DNA of 64,000 nt, from contig PXBB01000015.1 of the NCBI GenBank assembly GCA_003565735.1, positions 2,175-66,174 of the forward strand, in the 5' to 3' direction. Below, in pieces: positions 9,739 through 19,155 of the stretch. How positions within the stretch are numbered: position 1 is the first letter of the stretch; every line of letters begins with the position of its first letter. The position numbers and the translations under genes were made by a program. Origin of the DNA: Bacteroidales bacterium (GTDB lineage: Bacteria > Bacteroidota > Bacteroidia > Bacteroidales > PXBB01). The notes under the pieces were generated by a model. The model made no database searches. It was not told where the DNA came from and was given only the letters and a program-made list of their open reading frames with translations.

Positions 9739-12012
9739 ATGCCTAATAAAGTTAAAACAAAAAAGAAAGTAAAAGCAAAGCCTAATATTAAAAAATATAT
9801 CAGAGGTTTTTGGATTATCAATGCTTCCGTTGCAGCGCTTGTTGTTTTATTATTTTTCTTCATTTCTATCGGGCTATTTGGTTTTATGCCCTCCTTTGAG
9901 GAGCTTGAAAACCCACAAAGCAATCTGGCCTCTCATATTTATTCCGCTGATGAACAACTTCTGGGAACATATTTTATTGAAAATCGTTCCAATATACATT
10001 ATGAGGATTTAAGCCCCAATATTGTAAAGGCTTTGCTGGCAACTGAGGATATCCGTTTTGAATCGCATGCCGGCATCGACTACAGAGGTGTTGCAAGGGC
10101 CGTAATAAAAACAATCTTACTACAGGACAGAAGTGCCGGCGGTGGGAGTACCATCACGCAGCAGCTGGCTAAAAACCTTTTCCCGCGTAATCCTGATGCC
10201 TCTAAGCTACAGCTTATCATTACAAAGCTCAAAGAATGGGTTGTTGCTATTCGCCTGGAACGCAACTACAGCAAACAGGAAATTTTGGCAATGTACCTGA
10301 ACACAGTTGATTTCGGCAGCCATGCTTTTGGTATTAAATCAGCTTCTGCTACTTTTTTTGGAAAGACACCCGATGCGCTTAAACTGGAAGAAGCAGCTAC
10401 TTTAATTGGGCTGCTGAAAGCGCCTACATGGTTCAGTCCTGTCAGAAATTACGACAGATCTCTTGGCAGAAGAAACGTGGTTATCGGACAATTACACAAG
10501 TACGGTTTTATTTCAGAACACGAGCGGGACTCTATTACCCAATTGCCCATTGACCTGTCATCATACCAAATTATTGATCACAGGGCAGGGTTGGCCACTT
10601 ACTTTAGAGAATACCTTCGAAAACAACTTGTGGAATGGAGTAAAACAACTATGAAGCCTGATGGCACACCATACGATATCTACAGAGACGGTCTAAGAAT
10701 TTATACAACCATTGATTCACGCATGCAAAGATATGCTGAAGAAGCCGTAGAAGAATACATCGGCGGTGAACTTCAAAAGCAGTTTTTTAACCATTGGAAA
10801 GGGTGGCGTAATGCGCCATTTGACAGGCAGATGAGCGACAGCGATGTGCAAAGACTGATAAATTTATCAATAAGGCGCAGCGACAGATACCATAGTCTTA
10901 AACGAAAAGGATGGGAAGAAGACTCTATAATCGCTAATTTCAATGAGCCGGTGCGCATGTCTGTATTTTCGTGGGAAGGTAGTATTGATACAGTCATGAC
11001 GCCTCTGGATTCGATTTGGTATCACAAACACTTTTTGCACTCGGGCCTGATGGCTATGGAACCCCAAACAGGACATGTGAAAGCTTATGTGGGCGGTATC
11101 AATTACAGACACTTTAAATTTGATCATGTTAAAATAATGAGACGACAGGTCGGGTCAACTTTTAAGCCTTTCGTTTATACTTTAGCAATGCAAGAAGGGG
11201 AGTTTACACCCTGCACAAAAGTGCCTAATGTCCCGGTTACTTTTCGCCTTCACGATGGACAAACATGGACACCACGCAATGCATCTGATGCCAGAGAAGG
11301 CGAAATGGTTACACTGAAATGGGCCTTAGCCAACTCAGTAAATTTTGTATCGGCCTATCTTATGAAAAGGTATTCTCCACAAGCCGTTGTCCAAATAGCA
11401 CGTAAATTAGGTGTCAAAAGCCCTATTGATGAAGTTTATGCTGTCGCTTTAGGGACGCCCGACCTTACTGTTTATGAAATGGTTGGAGCCAACAGTGCTT
11501 TTGTTAATAAAGGTATTTACGTAGAACCCATTTTCATTACTAAGATTGAGGATAATAATGGCAACATTATCGAAACTTTTGTACCCAAAACTCAGGAAGC
11601 CATGAGCGAAGAAACGGCATACCTCATGATTGAACTTATGAAAGGAGTTGTTGAAAGTGGCACCAGTGTAAGGCTGCGTTTTAGATATGGCTTAAATAAT
11701 CCTATCGCCGGTAAAACCGGTACAACACAAAACAATTCTGATGGCTGGTTTATAGGCATGACCCCTGAACTCGTTACCGGTGTATGGACAGGAGGCGAAG
11801 ACAGAAGCATACGATTCAGAACTATTACATATGGTCAGGGTGCGCATATGGCCTTACCTGTATGGGCTCTTTTTATGCAGAAAGTGTATGCAGATAAGTC
11901 ACTGGATATCTCTAAAGGTGATTTCGAAAAACCGGCCAGCGGCTTACGTGTTGAAACAGATTGTGATAAATATCACCGGCAAAAAAAACAAACTCAAGAA
12001 ACCCTTTTGTAA
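9739..12012 (+). CDS. mrcA: Class A penicillin-binding protein 1A (glycosyltransferase GT51 plus transpeptidase)
   Basis: N-terminal TM anchor. GT51 motifs ATEDIRFESHAGID, GGSTITQQLAKN and RLERNYSKQEILAMYLN. Transpeptidase motifs SVGSTFKP (SxxK), NSVN (SxN) and KTGTT (KTG). Confidence 0.92.
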   Translation: MPNKVKTKKKVKAKPNIKKYIRGFWIINASVAALVVLLFFFISIGLFGFMPSFEELENPQSNLASHIYSADEQLLGTYFIENRSNIHYEDLSPNIVKALLATEDIRFESHAGIDYRGVARAVIKTILLQDRSAGGGSTITQQLAKNLFPRNPDASKLQLIITKLKEWVVAIRLERNYSKQEILAMYLNTVDFGSHAFGIKSASATFFGKTPDALKLEEAATLIGLLKAPTWFSPVRNYDRSLGRRNVVIGQLHKYGFISEHERDSITQLPIDLSSYQIIDHRAGLATYFREYLRKQLVEWSKTTMKPDGTPYDIYRDGLRIYTTIDSRMQRYAEEAVEEYIGGELQKQFFNHWKGWRNAPFDRQMSDSDVQRLINLSIRRSDRYHSLKRKGWEEDSIIANFNEPVRMSVFSWEGSIDTVMTPLDSIWYHKHFLHSGLMAMEPQTGHVKAYVGGINYRHFKFDHVKIMRRQVGSTFKPFVYTLAMQEGEFTPCTKVPNVPVTFRLHDGQTWTPRNASDAREGEMVTLKWALANSVNFVSAYLMKRYSPQAVVQIARKLGVKSPIDEVYAVALGTPDLTVYEMVGANSAFVNKGIYVEPIFITKIEDNNGNIIETFVPKTQEAMSEETAYLMIELMKGVVESGTSVRLRFRYGLNNPIAGKTGTTQNNSDGWFIGMTPELVTGVWTGGEDRSIRFRTITYGQGAHMALPVWALFMQKVYADKSLDISKGDFEKPASGLRVETDCDKYHRQKKQTQETLL

Positions 12013-13187
12013 TGGATTTAGCAATTTATTTTGAACCTGTTGAATACAAGTTTAAAAAAACTATTGATGATGGTGCCCCTTTAAAATTGGGTGATATTAT
12101 CAAATCTTTTATTGATAAAGATAAGTTCCCGGATATTGAAAATGTTCGCATCGCTATTCTTGGTGTGAAAGAAGAAAGAAACGGCGCTGAAAATGAAGGA
12201 TGTCTTGATGCTCCGGATGTTATCAGACGTTTTTTTTACGAATTATACCCCGGCAATTACGATATCAAAATAGCTGACCTTGGTAATATTATTGGCGGCC
12301 ATACACCAAAAGACACATACTTTGCTCTTGCTAATGTGGTGGCAGAGCTTATCAAAAATAAAATTGTGCCTGTTATCCTCGGCGGGACACAAGATTTGAC
12401 TTATGCCAACTACAGGGCCTACGAACAACTCGGACAGATTATTAATATTGTTGCTGTTGATGCCGGTTTTGATATTGGTTATAAAAATGATGGTATCGCT
12501 TCTAAAAATTATCTTAACAGCATCATTATGCATCAGCCCAGCTATTTATTTAATTATGCCAACCTGGGCTATCAATCCTATTTGGTGGACAATCAAGCTG
12601 TGGAATTGATGGGAAATTTACTTTTTGATGTTTACAGATTAGGCAAAGTTAGAGAAAATATTGAGGAAGTAGAACCCATAGTGCGTAATGCCGATATGCT
12701 TAGCTTTGATATCACAGCTGTTCGTATGTCTGATGCTCCCGGCAATAAATATGCCTTACCGAATGGTTTTTATGGCGAAGAAGCTTGCCAAATTGCACGT
12801 TATGCTGGTATTAGTGATAAACTTACCTCTATTGGCTTTTACGAATACAACCCTACTTATGATAAAAATTATCAAACGGCCTCTTTGATATCTCAGATTA
12901 TTTGGTATTTCATTGATGGCTTTTACAATCGTAAGAACGATTACCCTCATTTAGGAAAAGAAGATTACCTAAAATACAGGGTAAATCTTAAAGACATGAA
13001 AGAAGAAATCATTTTTTACAAAAGTAAAAAAAGCGATCGTTGGTGGATGGAAGTGCCATGCCCCGTTGAAGTGTCCAATAAATACCAAAGGCATTATCTA
13101 GTGCCCTGCACATATAATGACTATAAAATGGCCCTAGCTGATGATGTCCCCGACAGGTGGTGGCAGGTTTATCAAAAACTTATGTGA
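12012..13187 (+). CDS. Arginase/formimidoylglutamase-fold (ureohydrolase family) protein with degenerate metal-ligand motifs
   Basis: VPVILGGTQDLTYANY aligns to the xGGDHS block, IVAVDAGFDIGY to DAHxD, and MLSFDITAVRMSDAPG to SxDxDxxDPxxAPG. Its start overlaps the PBP1A stop by 1 nt (TAATG). Confidence 0.6.
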   Translation: MDLAIYFEPVEYKFKKTIDDGAPLKLGDIIKSFIDKDKFPDIENVRIAILGVKEERNGAENEGCLDAPDVIRRFFYELYPGNYDIKIADLGNIIGGHTPKDTYFALANVVAELIKNKIVPVILGGTQDLTYANYRAYEQLGQIINIVAVDAGFDIGYKNDGIASKNYLNSIIMHQPSYLFNYANLGYQSYLVDNQAVELMGNLLFDVYRLGKVRENIEEVEPIVRNADMLSFDITAVRMSDAPGNKYALPNGFYGEEACQIARYAGISDKLTSIGFYEYNPTYDKNYQTASLISQIIWYFIDGFYNRKNDYPHLGKEDYLKYRVNLKDMKEEIIFYKSKKSDRWWMEVPCPVEVSNKYQRHYLVPCTYNDYKMALADDVPDRWWQVYQKLM

Positions 13188-13255
13188 TTTCTTTTTAATC
13201 ATAAAATTACGAACTAATGTTTGCAACTTTTTTAATTTCTAATACATATTTAAAG

Positions 13256-15289
13256 ATGAAAAGATTTATTTTATGTCCACTATTGATTTTGTTCATTTCT
13301 GCAACTTTAAATCTCAAGGCGCAGATAACTGTATCAAATTTGTTTGATATCAAGCATGTATTTGAAGTAGCTTTATCACCCGATGGTAAATATATTGCTT
13401 ACACCCTTAATGTTCCACGCCCTTTTGACCATAGGCCCGGCGGTGATTACAGAGAGCTGCATCTTTTAAATATTGCTAATGGCGAGTCGAAGCCTTTAAT
13501 AAAGGGTGCTAAAAGTGTATTTTCTGTTCAATGGCACCCAAAGGGTAATGACATATTTTTCAGAGCCAACATGCCCGACACTGCCGGCGTGCAGGTTTAT
13601 GCCATCAGCCCTCATGGGGGGAAGCCCCGGCTAACAGTACATCATAATCAATCTGTAAGAGCTTATGCATTCCTCAATGAAAACACTGTTGTGTTTTCTG
13701 CACTCGACCCCGAAGAAGAAGCACGTAAAAAATTCCGTGATAGGGGCTTTAATATTGAAATTTTTGAAGAAGAAACAAGGGCTTTAAATTTACATCTTTA
13801 CAATATCCACACACAAAAACACAAGCAAATAACCCACAATACGGTTGTTTTTGACTTTTCGGTTAATCCTTCAGGCACAAAAATAGCAGCAGCCGTTGCA
13901 CCGAACAATCTCGTTGATGATTCCTATATGTTCAAAAGAATTTATGTCTTAGATTTAAAAACTTTAAGACTCGAATTGGTTATGGAAAATCCCGGGAAGC
14001 TGGGTAAAATGGTATGGAGTCCTGATGGGAAAAGATTGGCTTTTATAGCTGCTTCAGACCTCCACGATAGTGTTTCGGGAAGCCTTTTTGTGATTGATGT
14101 GCCTACTACCAAAAAATTTAAACATCTGCGTAATTATGTAGAGGGCTTTCGGGGCTCTGTTAGAGATATCAGCTGGAAAGATGATAACACACTGCTTTTT
14201 TCAGCAGAAGAGGGCGTTGACATTGTGCTTAGTAAAATACGACTGGATGGATCAAAAAGAGAAGTTCTGCTGCCTGCTGAGCACATTGTTTTCAGAGGTT
14301 TTCATCACCGGGATAACCTCATTGCAATGGCCGGCAACACAGCCAAGCATCCCACCGATGTCTTCTTGTTTGACATCAAGAAACAAGCACTCAAACGCAT
14401 GACCAATCACAACCCCTGGATAGATGACCTCAGGTTGGCAAGGCAAGAAAAAATAAGATACTATGCTAAAGACGGCCTCGATATTGAAGGTGTTTTGATA
14501 TATCCTTTAAATTATGAAAAGGGTAAAAAATACCCACTGATTGTTTATATTCATGGAGGTCCTGAAGCTGCTGTGCAAAATGGATGGAGCACCTATTATT
14601 CCATGTGGGGGCAAGTTGCGGCTGCTGATGATTTTTTTGTTTTTATGCCTAACTACCGTGCCAGCTCAGGCAGAGGTGTTGAGTTTACCATGTATGGCTT
14701 TGGTGATTTGCTTGGCGTAGAGTACGATGATGTTTTAGATGGGATCGACTTTCTTATCGAAAAGGGATTGGTAGATGAAAATAAAGTCGGCATGGGAGGA
14801 GGCTCCTATGGCGGTTATTTTTCAGCCTGGTCTGCTACCAAGCACAGCGAAAGATTTGCAGCTGCTGTTGTTTTTGTCGGGATAGGAAATCAGATCTCTA
14901 AAAGAAATACAACAGACATCCCCTACGAGGATTATTATGTACATTGGGGCTTTTGGACACACGAGGATTACCAAAGAGTCTATGCCGTTAGCCCTGTAAA
15001 ATATGCTCATAAAAGTAAAACACCTACACTCGTTCTACATGGTGCCGATGACCCACGTGTGCCACTTTCACAAGGACTTGAAATATACAGGACGCTTAAA
15101 CTACATGGCAACGCTCCCGTTAGATTTGTAATATACCCAGGCGAAGGACATGGCAATAGAGTGAACACCAATCGGCTTGACTACATCGCCCGAACGATGC
15201 AATGGTTTAACTACTACCTCAAAGATGGTTACGACAAAACCAAAATGCCGGAGAAGTATCTTGAATACGATGATGCTATCAAATTTTAG
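13256..15289 (+). CDS. Secreted S9 family serine peptidase (prolyl oligopeptidase/acylaminoacyl peptidase type) with an N-terminal beta-propeller
   Basis: ORF 13217..15289. The internal ATG at 13256 gives the signal peptide MKRFILCPLLILFISATLNLKAQ. Propeller-type repeats (SPDGKYIAY, SPDGKRLAF). Catalytic domain with YIHGGPEA, nucleophile elbow GGSYGG, then HGADDPRV and EGHG. Confidence 0.88.
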   Translation: MKRFILCPLLILFISATLNLKAQITVSNLFDIKHVFEVALSPDGKYIAYTLNVPRPFDHRPGGDYRELHLLNIANGESKPLIKGAKSVFSVQWHPKGNDIFFRANMPDTAGVQVYAISPHGGKPRLTVHHNQSVRAYAFLNENTVVFSALDPEEEARKKFRDRGFNIEIFEEETRALNLHLYNIHTQKHKQITHNTVVFDFSVNPSGTKIAAAVAPNNLVDDSYMFKRIYVLDLKTLRLELVMENPGKLGKMVWSPDGKRLAFIAASDLHDSVSGSLFVIDVPTTKKFKHLRNYVEGFRGSVRDISWKDDNTLLFSAEEGVDIVLSKIRLDGSKREVLLPAEHIVFRGFHHRDNLIAMAGNTAKHPTDVFLFDIKKQALKRMTNHNPWIDDLRLARQEKIRYYAKDGLDIEGVLIYPLNYEKGKKYPLIVYIHGGPEAAVQNGWSTYYSMWGQVAAADDFFVFMPNYRASSGRGVEFTMYGFGDLLGVEYDDVLDGIDFLIEKGLVDENKVGMGGGSYGGYFSAWSATKHSERFAAAVVFVGIGNQISKRNTTDIPYEDYYVHWGFWTHEDYQRVYAVSPVKYAHKSKTPTLVLHGADDPRVPLSQGLEIYRTLKLHGNAPVRFVIYPGEGHGNRVNTNRLDYIARTMQWFNYYLKDGYDKTKMPEKYLEYDDAIKF

Positions 15290-15421
15290 TGGGTCAAGAG
15301 CACCTGCTATACGCTCAAATTTCATTTAAGAACAGAAAATACAATTTGTAATACAATATGTATTTTTACTGATTTTCTTTATATTGCAAAAAATATAAAA
15401 AAAAATAGCCGAGCCTATTTA

Positions 15422-15429
15422 TAATTTTG
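15422..15429 (+). promoter_or_regulatory. Candidate -7 promoter box TAATTTTG upstream of the START-like gene
   Basis: Exact TAnnTTTG match, 44-53 nt upstream of the candidate ATG starts at 15473 and 15482. Confidence 0.35.
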
Positions 15430-15481
15430 TATATTGGCTCACTATTTAAAAAAACAATAATTTTTGATAAGTATGTCTTGC

Positions 15482-15862
15482 ATGAAGAAATTTTCTTTAG
15501 AGTATCCGGTAAGATCAAGTATAAAAATACTATTTGAGTTTATCAGCACCCCGGAGGGTCTTGCAGAGTGGTTTGCAGAAGAGATTACCGTTAACAACGG
15601 AATCATGACATTCAGGTGGTACGACTCTGAAATTAAAGGGAAGCTTTTAACTAAAAAAGACAATGAATATGTTCGTTTTCAGTGGCTTGATGAACATGAT
15701 CACCCTTCACAATACTTGGAGTTAAGGATAAATATTGAACCTGTCACCGGCGATTTAGCGCTCATCATTACAGATTTTTGTCCCCCTGAGGAATTAGAAG
15801 AACAAAAAGCCTTGTGGGACATGAGTGTCAACAACTTAATCCGTCGCATAGGAGGCCAGTAA
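15482..15862 (+). CDS. START-like / SRPBCC-fold small protein
   Basis: ORF 15464..15862 begins at a TTG. In-frame ATGs occur at 15473 and 15482 (MKKFSLEYPVRSSIKILFEFISTPEGLAEWFAEEITV...), and I chose 15482. The sequence pattern resembles AHSA1/START-like domain proteins. The start is uncertain by 9-18 nt. Confidence 0.55.
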   Translation: MKKFSLEYPVRSSIKILFEFISTPEGLAEWFAEEITVNNGIMTFRWYDSEIKGKLLTKKDNEYVRFQWLDEHDHPSQYLELRINIEPVTGDLALIITDFCPPEELEEQKALWDMSVNNLIRRIGGQ

Positions 15863-15868
15863 TAAGAT

Positions 15869-16585
15869 TTAGATAATTCCGGGCATATGAAAGTGAGGCC
15901 AAACATCTCCCTTGGGCGGCCTTGCAGTAATTTCCAATGGCACCTTCTTCACAGGATGCTCAAAACTGACCATATAAGCGTGCAAACAAACCGAAGCATC
16001 TTTGTTGCTTCTCTGAAAACCATACTTTAAATCTCCTTTAATAGGACAGCCAATGCTCGCTAACTGAGACCTTATTTGATGGTGACGCCCCGTCTCCAAA
16101 GCCACTTCCAATAAATAATAGCCTCCTATGGATTTCCCTATAACCTTATAGCTTAGGATTGCTTCTTTACTAAATTTTTTTGGTGTAATGTATGCATAAG
16201 ACTTATTCTGCTTTTCATTTTTTATTAAATAATGAATAAGTTTGGCTTCGGTATCTGGAGGCTTATTTTTCACAACAGCCAGGTATGTCTTTTTTACAAG
16301 TCGTTCTTTGAAAAGATAGTTCATGCGGCTGAGGGCTTTTGATGTACGTGCAAAAATCAAAACCCCACTTGTGGGCCTATCCAGTCTATGAGAAACACCC
16401 AGAAAAACATTCCCTTTTTTATTATACTTATGTTTTAGGTAATCTTTCACACGTTGCAGCAAAGTTTCATCACCTGTTTTATCACCTTGCACTATTTCGG
16501 AAGGCTGCTTATTGACAACAATAAGGTGGTTGTCCTCGTAAAGAATTTGTGATAACATGCAAGGTAAAGAGTTAGTATTGCTCAC
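15869..16585 (-). CDS. RluA family pseudouridine synthase
   Basis: [21 protein letters not shown], catalytic block [27 protein letters not shown] and [11 protein letters not shown]. Confidence 0.9.
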   Translation of the reverse strand: MSNTNSLPCMLSQILYEDNHLIVVNKQPSEIVQGDKTGDETLLQRVKDYLKHKYNKKGNVFLGVSHRLDRPTSGVLIFARTSKALSRMNYLFKERLVKKTYLAVVKNKPPDTEAKLIHYLIKNEKQNKSYAYITPKKFSKEAILSYKVIGKSIGGYYLLEVALETGRHHQIRSQLASIGCPIKGDLKYGFQRSNKDASVCLHAYMVSFEHPVKKVPLEITARPPKGDVWPHFHMPGII

Positions 16586-17387
16586 GTTTATTGGGAAACT
16601 CCCCTGATTTCACATCAGAAATATATGCTTTTACAGAGCCTTTGATTTCTTCGTATAGGTTATGATACCTTCGCAAAAAGCGTGGCGAAAAATCTTGAGA
16701 TATACCAAGCATATCATGTAAAACGAGTACCTGCCCATTAACACCGGCGCCGGCACCAATACCAATGGTGGGTATTCTGATTTTTTTGGTAACTTGTGTA
16801 GCGAGCTTGGCAGGTATTTTTTCCAAAACAATACTGAAGCAGCCAGCTTTTTCGAGTATGTATGCGTCCTCGGTCAGTTGCCTGGCCTCTTGGTCCTGCG
16901 TAGCACGAACTACATAAGTCCCAAATTTATGAATAGATTGTGGTGTCAGCCCTAAATGACCCATCACAGGAATTCCTGCGGATAAAATACGATCTATAGA
17001 TTCCAATATTTGTTTACCTCCTTCCAATTTCACAGCATTAGCCCCCGACTCTTTCATTATTCTAATGGCCGAATATAAAGCCTCTTTAGAGTCGCCCTGA
17101 TAGCTTCCAAAGGGTAAATCAACAACAACAAGCGCTCTTTTAACAGCACGCATAACAGACGAAGCATGATAAATCATTTCATTAAGCGTGATAGGTAAAG
17201 TTGTCGTATAGCCGGCCATAACGTTGGAAGCCGAATCTCCAACCAATATAACATCCACGCCAGCTTCATCTAATATCCGGGCATGCGAATAATCGTAAGC
17301 CGTTAGCATAGAAATCTTCTCTCCACGCAACTTCATCTCTTGCAACACATGTGTTGTGACTTTGTTTACTTTTAGTGTATCTTTCAT
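16572..17387 (-). CDS. panB: 3-methyl-2-oxobutanoate hydroxymethyltransferase
   Basis: [57 protein letters not shown] and IGIGAG. Overlaps the downstream rluA-family gene by 14 nt. Confidence 0.95.
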   Translation of the reverse strand: MKDTLKVNKVTTHVLQEMKLRGEKISMLTAYDYSHARILDEAGVDVILVGDSASNVMAGYTTTLPITLNEMIYHASSVMRAVKRALVVVDLPFGSYQGDSKEALYSAIRIMKESGANAVKLEGGKQILESIDRILSAGIPVMGHLGLTPQSIHKFGTYVVRATQDQEARQLTEDAYILEKAGCFSIVLEKIPAKLATQVTKKIRIPTIGIGAGAGVNGQVLVLHDMLGISQDFSPRFLRRYHNLYEEIKGSVKAYISDVKSGEFPNKREQY

Positions 17388-17396
17388 AGAAATATT

Positions 17397-17756
17397 TTAT
17401 TGTAAATAAACGGTTCTTTTAACTGTTTGGTCTGCCCTTAGACGCACACGCGATACCCCTTCTAATTGCTTATGACTGCCGTCAATAACAATATCTTTGC
17501 GCACTGTTACATCCAGTATCTTTTCTAAATCAAATGTATGTGCGTATATGCCTGATGCATTTGTTTGGCCTTCAATTTTGACTTCTCCCTTTTCCAAAAT
17601 AACTTTGGCTCCAGATACTGTTGTTTCTGGTGCATCATAGTAGCTTACCGTAATTTCTACAGGGTAAACCGGAGCTTTGTAACATGCTATTAATATTACA
17701 AGAAAGCCCAACGACAGCAGAAGAAAAAAGACCCTAAACTTTTGCAAAACAATCAT
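17397..17756 (-). CDS. Small hypothetical lipoprotein or signal-anchored protein
   Basis: 119 aa with a hydrophobic N-terminus and a possible lipobox (VILIAC). Lies 9 nt upstream of panB on the same strand. No recognisable catalytic motif. Confidence 0.5.
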   Translation of the reverse strand: MIVLQKFRVFFLLLSLGFLVILIACYKAPVYPVEITVSYYDAPETTVSGAKVILEKGEVKIEGQTNASGIYAHTFDLEKILDVTVRKDIVIDGSHKQLEGVSRVRLRADQTVKRTVYLQ

Positions 17757-18112
17757 AATTAATATGGTGTAAACTCATAAAAGCATGCAACATGCTGATA
17801 TTTTCGAATCTTTATAATTTTAAAAACATTTTCAAATTTTTGAATTGATTACCAGCCTTATACATTTTGCGTTTATTTTTGTGAATTAATACAGCTTGAA
17901 AAACTATGTAGTTATATTTTAAAATAAATACTGTTTAAAAAACCTTACAAAGGTTTATAAAATTTACTAATATTGCAAAATATTTTAAGCAAATATAGTT
18001 TATTTAAACTACTTTTTTAATAAGTTGATTTTTTTTTAACGCTCAATATAAAAACGAAAAGCTCTCTTAAAGCTAAATTAGAAGAATCAAAAGATACAAA
18101 AGAACACATTTT

Positions 18113-19141
18113 ATGAAAACACAAATAACTGAATGGCTTTTGGAGGTTGAAAGGTTTACAACTACAAATTCTAAAGATTTGGAAGACTTCAGAGTCAAGT
18201 TTTTAGGCAAAAAAGGTCATTTGGCTCATGCTTTTGAAGCTTTTAAAAATATACCTCCCGAAGAGCGAAAAGAATATGGCCAACACGTCAACAATCTTAA
18301 AAGCAAAGTTAATGATAAGATTGCTGAGCTGCGTGCATCCATTGATCGTTCAAGCACAACAGGTTCAGATACTACAAAAGATATTGACTTAACAGCACCC
18401 GTAGATATACACGATTTAGGCTCCCGGCATCCTTTATCAATAGTACGTAAAGACATCATAAAAATTTTTGAACGTTTAGGGTTCTATGTTTCAGATGGCC
18501 CCGAAATAGAAGACGATTGGCATATCTTCACTGCATTAAACTTCCCGCAAGATCACCCTGCCAGGGATATGCAAGACACATTTTTTATTGAAAAAAAACC
18601 TGACATTGCCTTACGAACACATACATCATCCGTACAAGTGCGCGTTATGCAAAACAACAGCCCACCTATCCGTACCATTTCTCCAGGACGTGTTTTTCGT
18701 AATGAGGCTATTTCGGCACGGGCCCATTGTATTTTCCATCAAATTGAAGGCCTTTATATCAATAAGGATGTTTCATTTGCTGACCTTAAACAAACCCTGC
18801 TGTACTTTGCTCAGGAAATGTTTGATAAAGACACGCACATTCGCCTACGCCCTTCTTATTTTCCTTTTACCGAGCCATCGGCAGAAATGGATGTTTCATG
18901 CAAGCTGTGCAAAGGTAAGGGATGTAATATTTGTAAGTACACAGGATGGGTTGAAATATTAGGTTGTGGGATGGTTGACCCCAATGTTTTGGAAAATTGT
19001 AATATTGACAGCAGCATTTATTCCGGTTTTGCTTTTGGCATGGGCGTAGAAAGAATGACCATGCTTAAATATGATATTAAAGACCTGAGAATATTTTTTG
19101 AAAATGATCTTAACTTCCTAAAGCAATTTGCATCTCTGTAA
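18113..19141 (+). CDS. pheS: Phenylalanine--tRNA ligase alpha subunit
   Basis: HPLS, FPQDHPARDMQDTFF, LRTHTSSVQVR, GRVFRNE, FHQIEGL, RPSYFPFTEPSAE and FAFGMGVERM, which include the class II synthetase motifs. Confidence 0.95.
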   Translation: MKTQITEWLLEVERFTTTNSKDLEDFRVKFLGKKGHLAHAFEAFKNIPPEERKEYGQHVNNLKSKVNDKIAELRASIDRSSTTGSDTTKDIDLTAPVDIHDLGSRHPLSIVRKDIIKIFERLGFYVSDGPEIEDDWHIFTALNFPQDHPARDMQDTFFIEKKPDIALRTHTSSVQVRVMQNNSPPIRTISPGRVFRNEAISARAHCIFHQIEGLYINKDVSFADLKQTLLYFAQEMFDKDTHIRLRPSYFPFTEPSAEMDVSCKLCKGKGCNICKYTGWVEILGCGMVDPNVLENCNIDSSIYSGFAFGMGVERMTMLKYDIKDLRIFFENDLNFLKQFASL

Positions 19142-19155
19142 AAGCATCGTGCTTT
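19141..19155. terminator. Short hairpin AAAGCA-tcg-TGCTTT between convergent pheS and the mltF-like gene
   Basis: A 6-bp stem (19141-19146 / 19150-19155) with a 3-nt loop. It touches the pheS stop (19139-19141) and the mltF-like stop (19155-19157) and is flanked by A/T runs. Possible bidirectional terminator. Confidence 0.35.
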
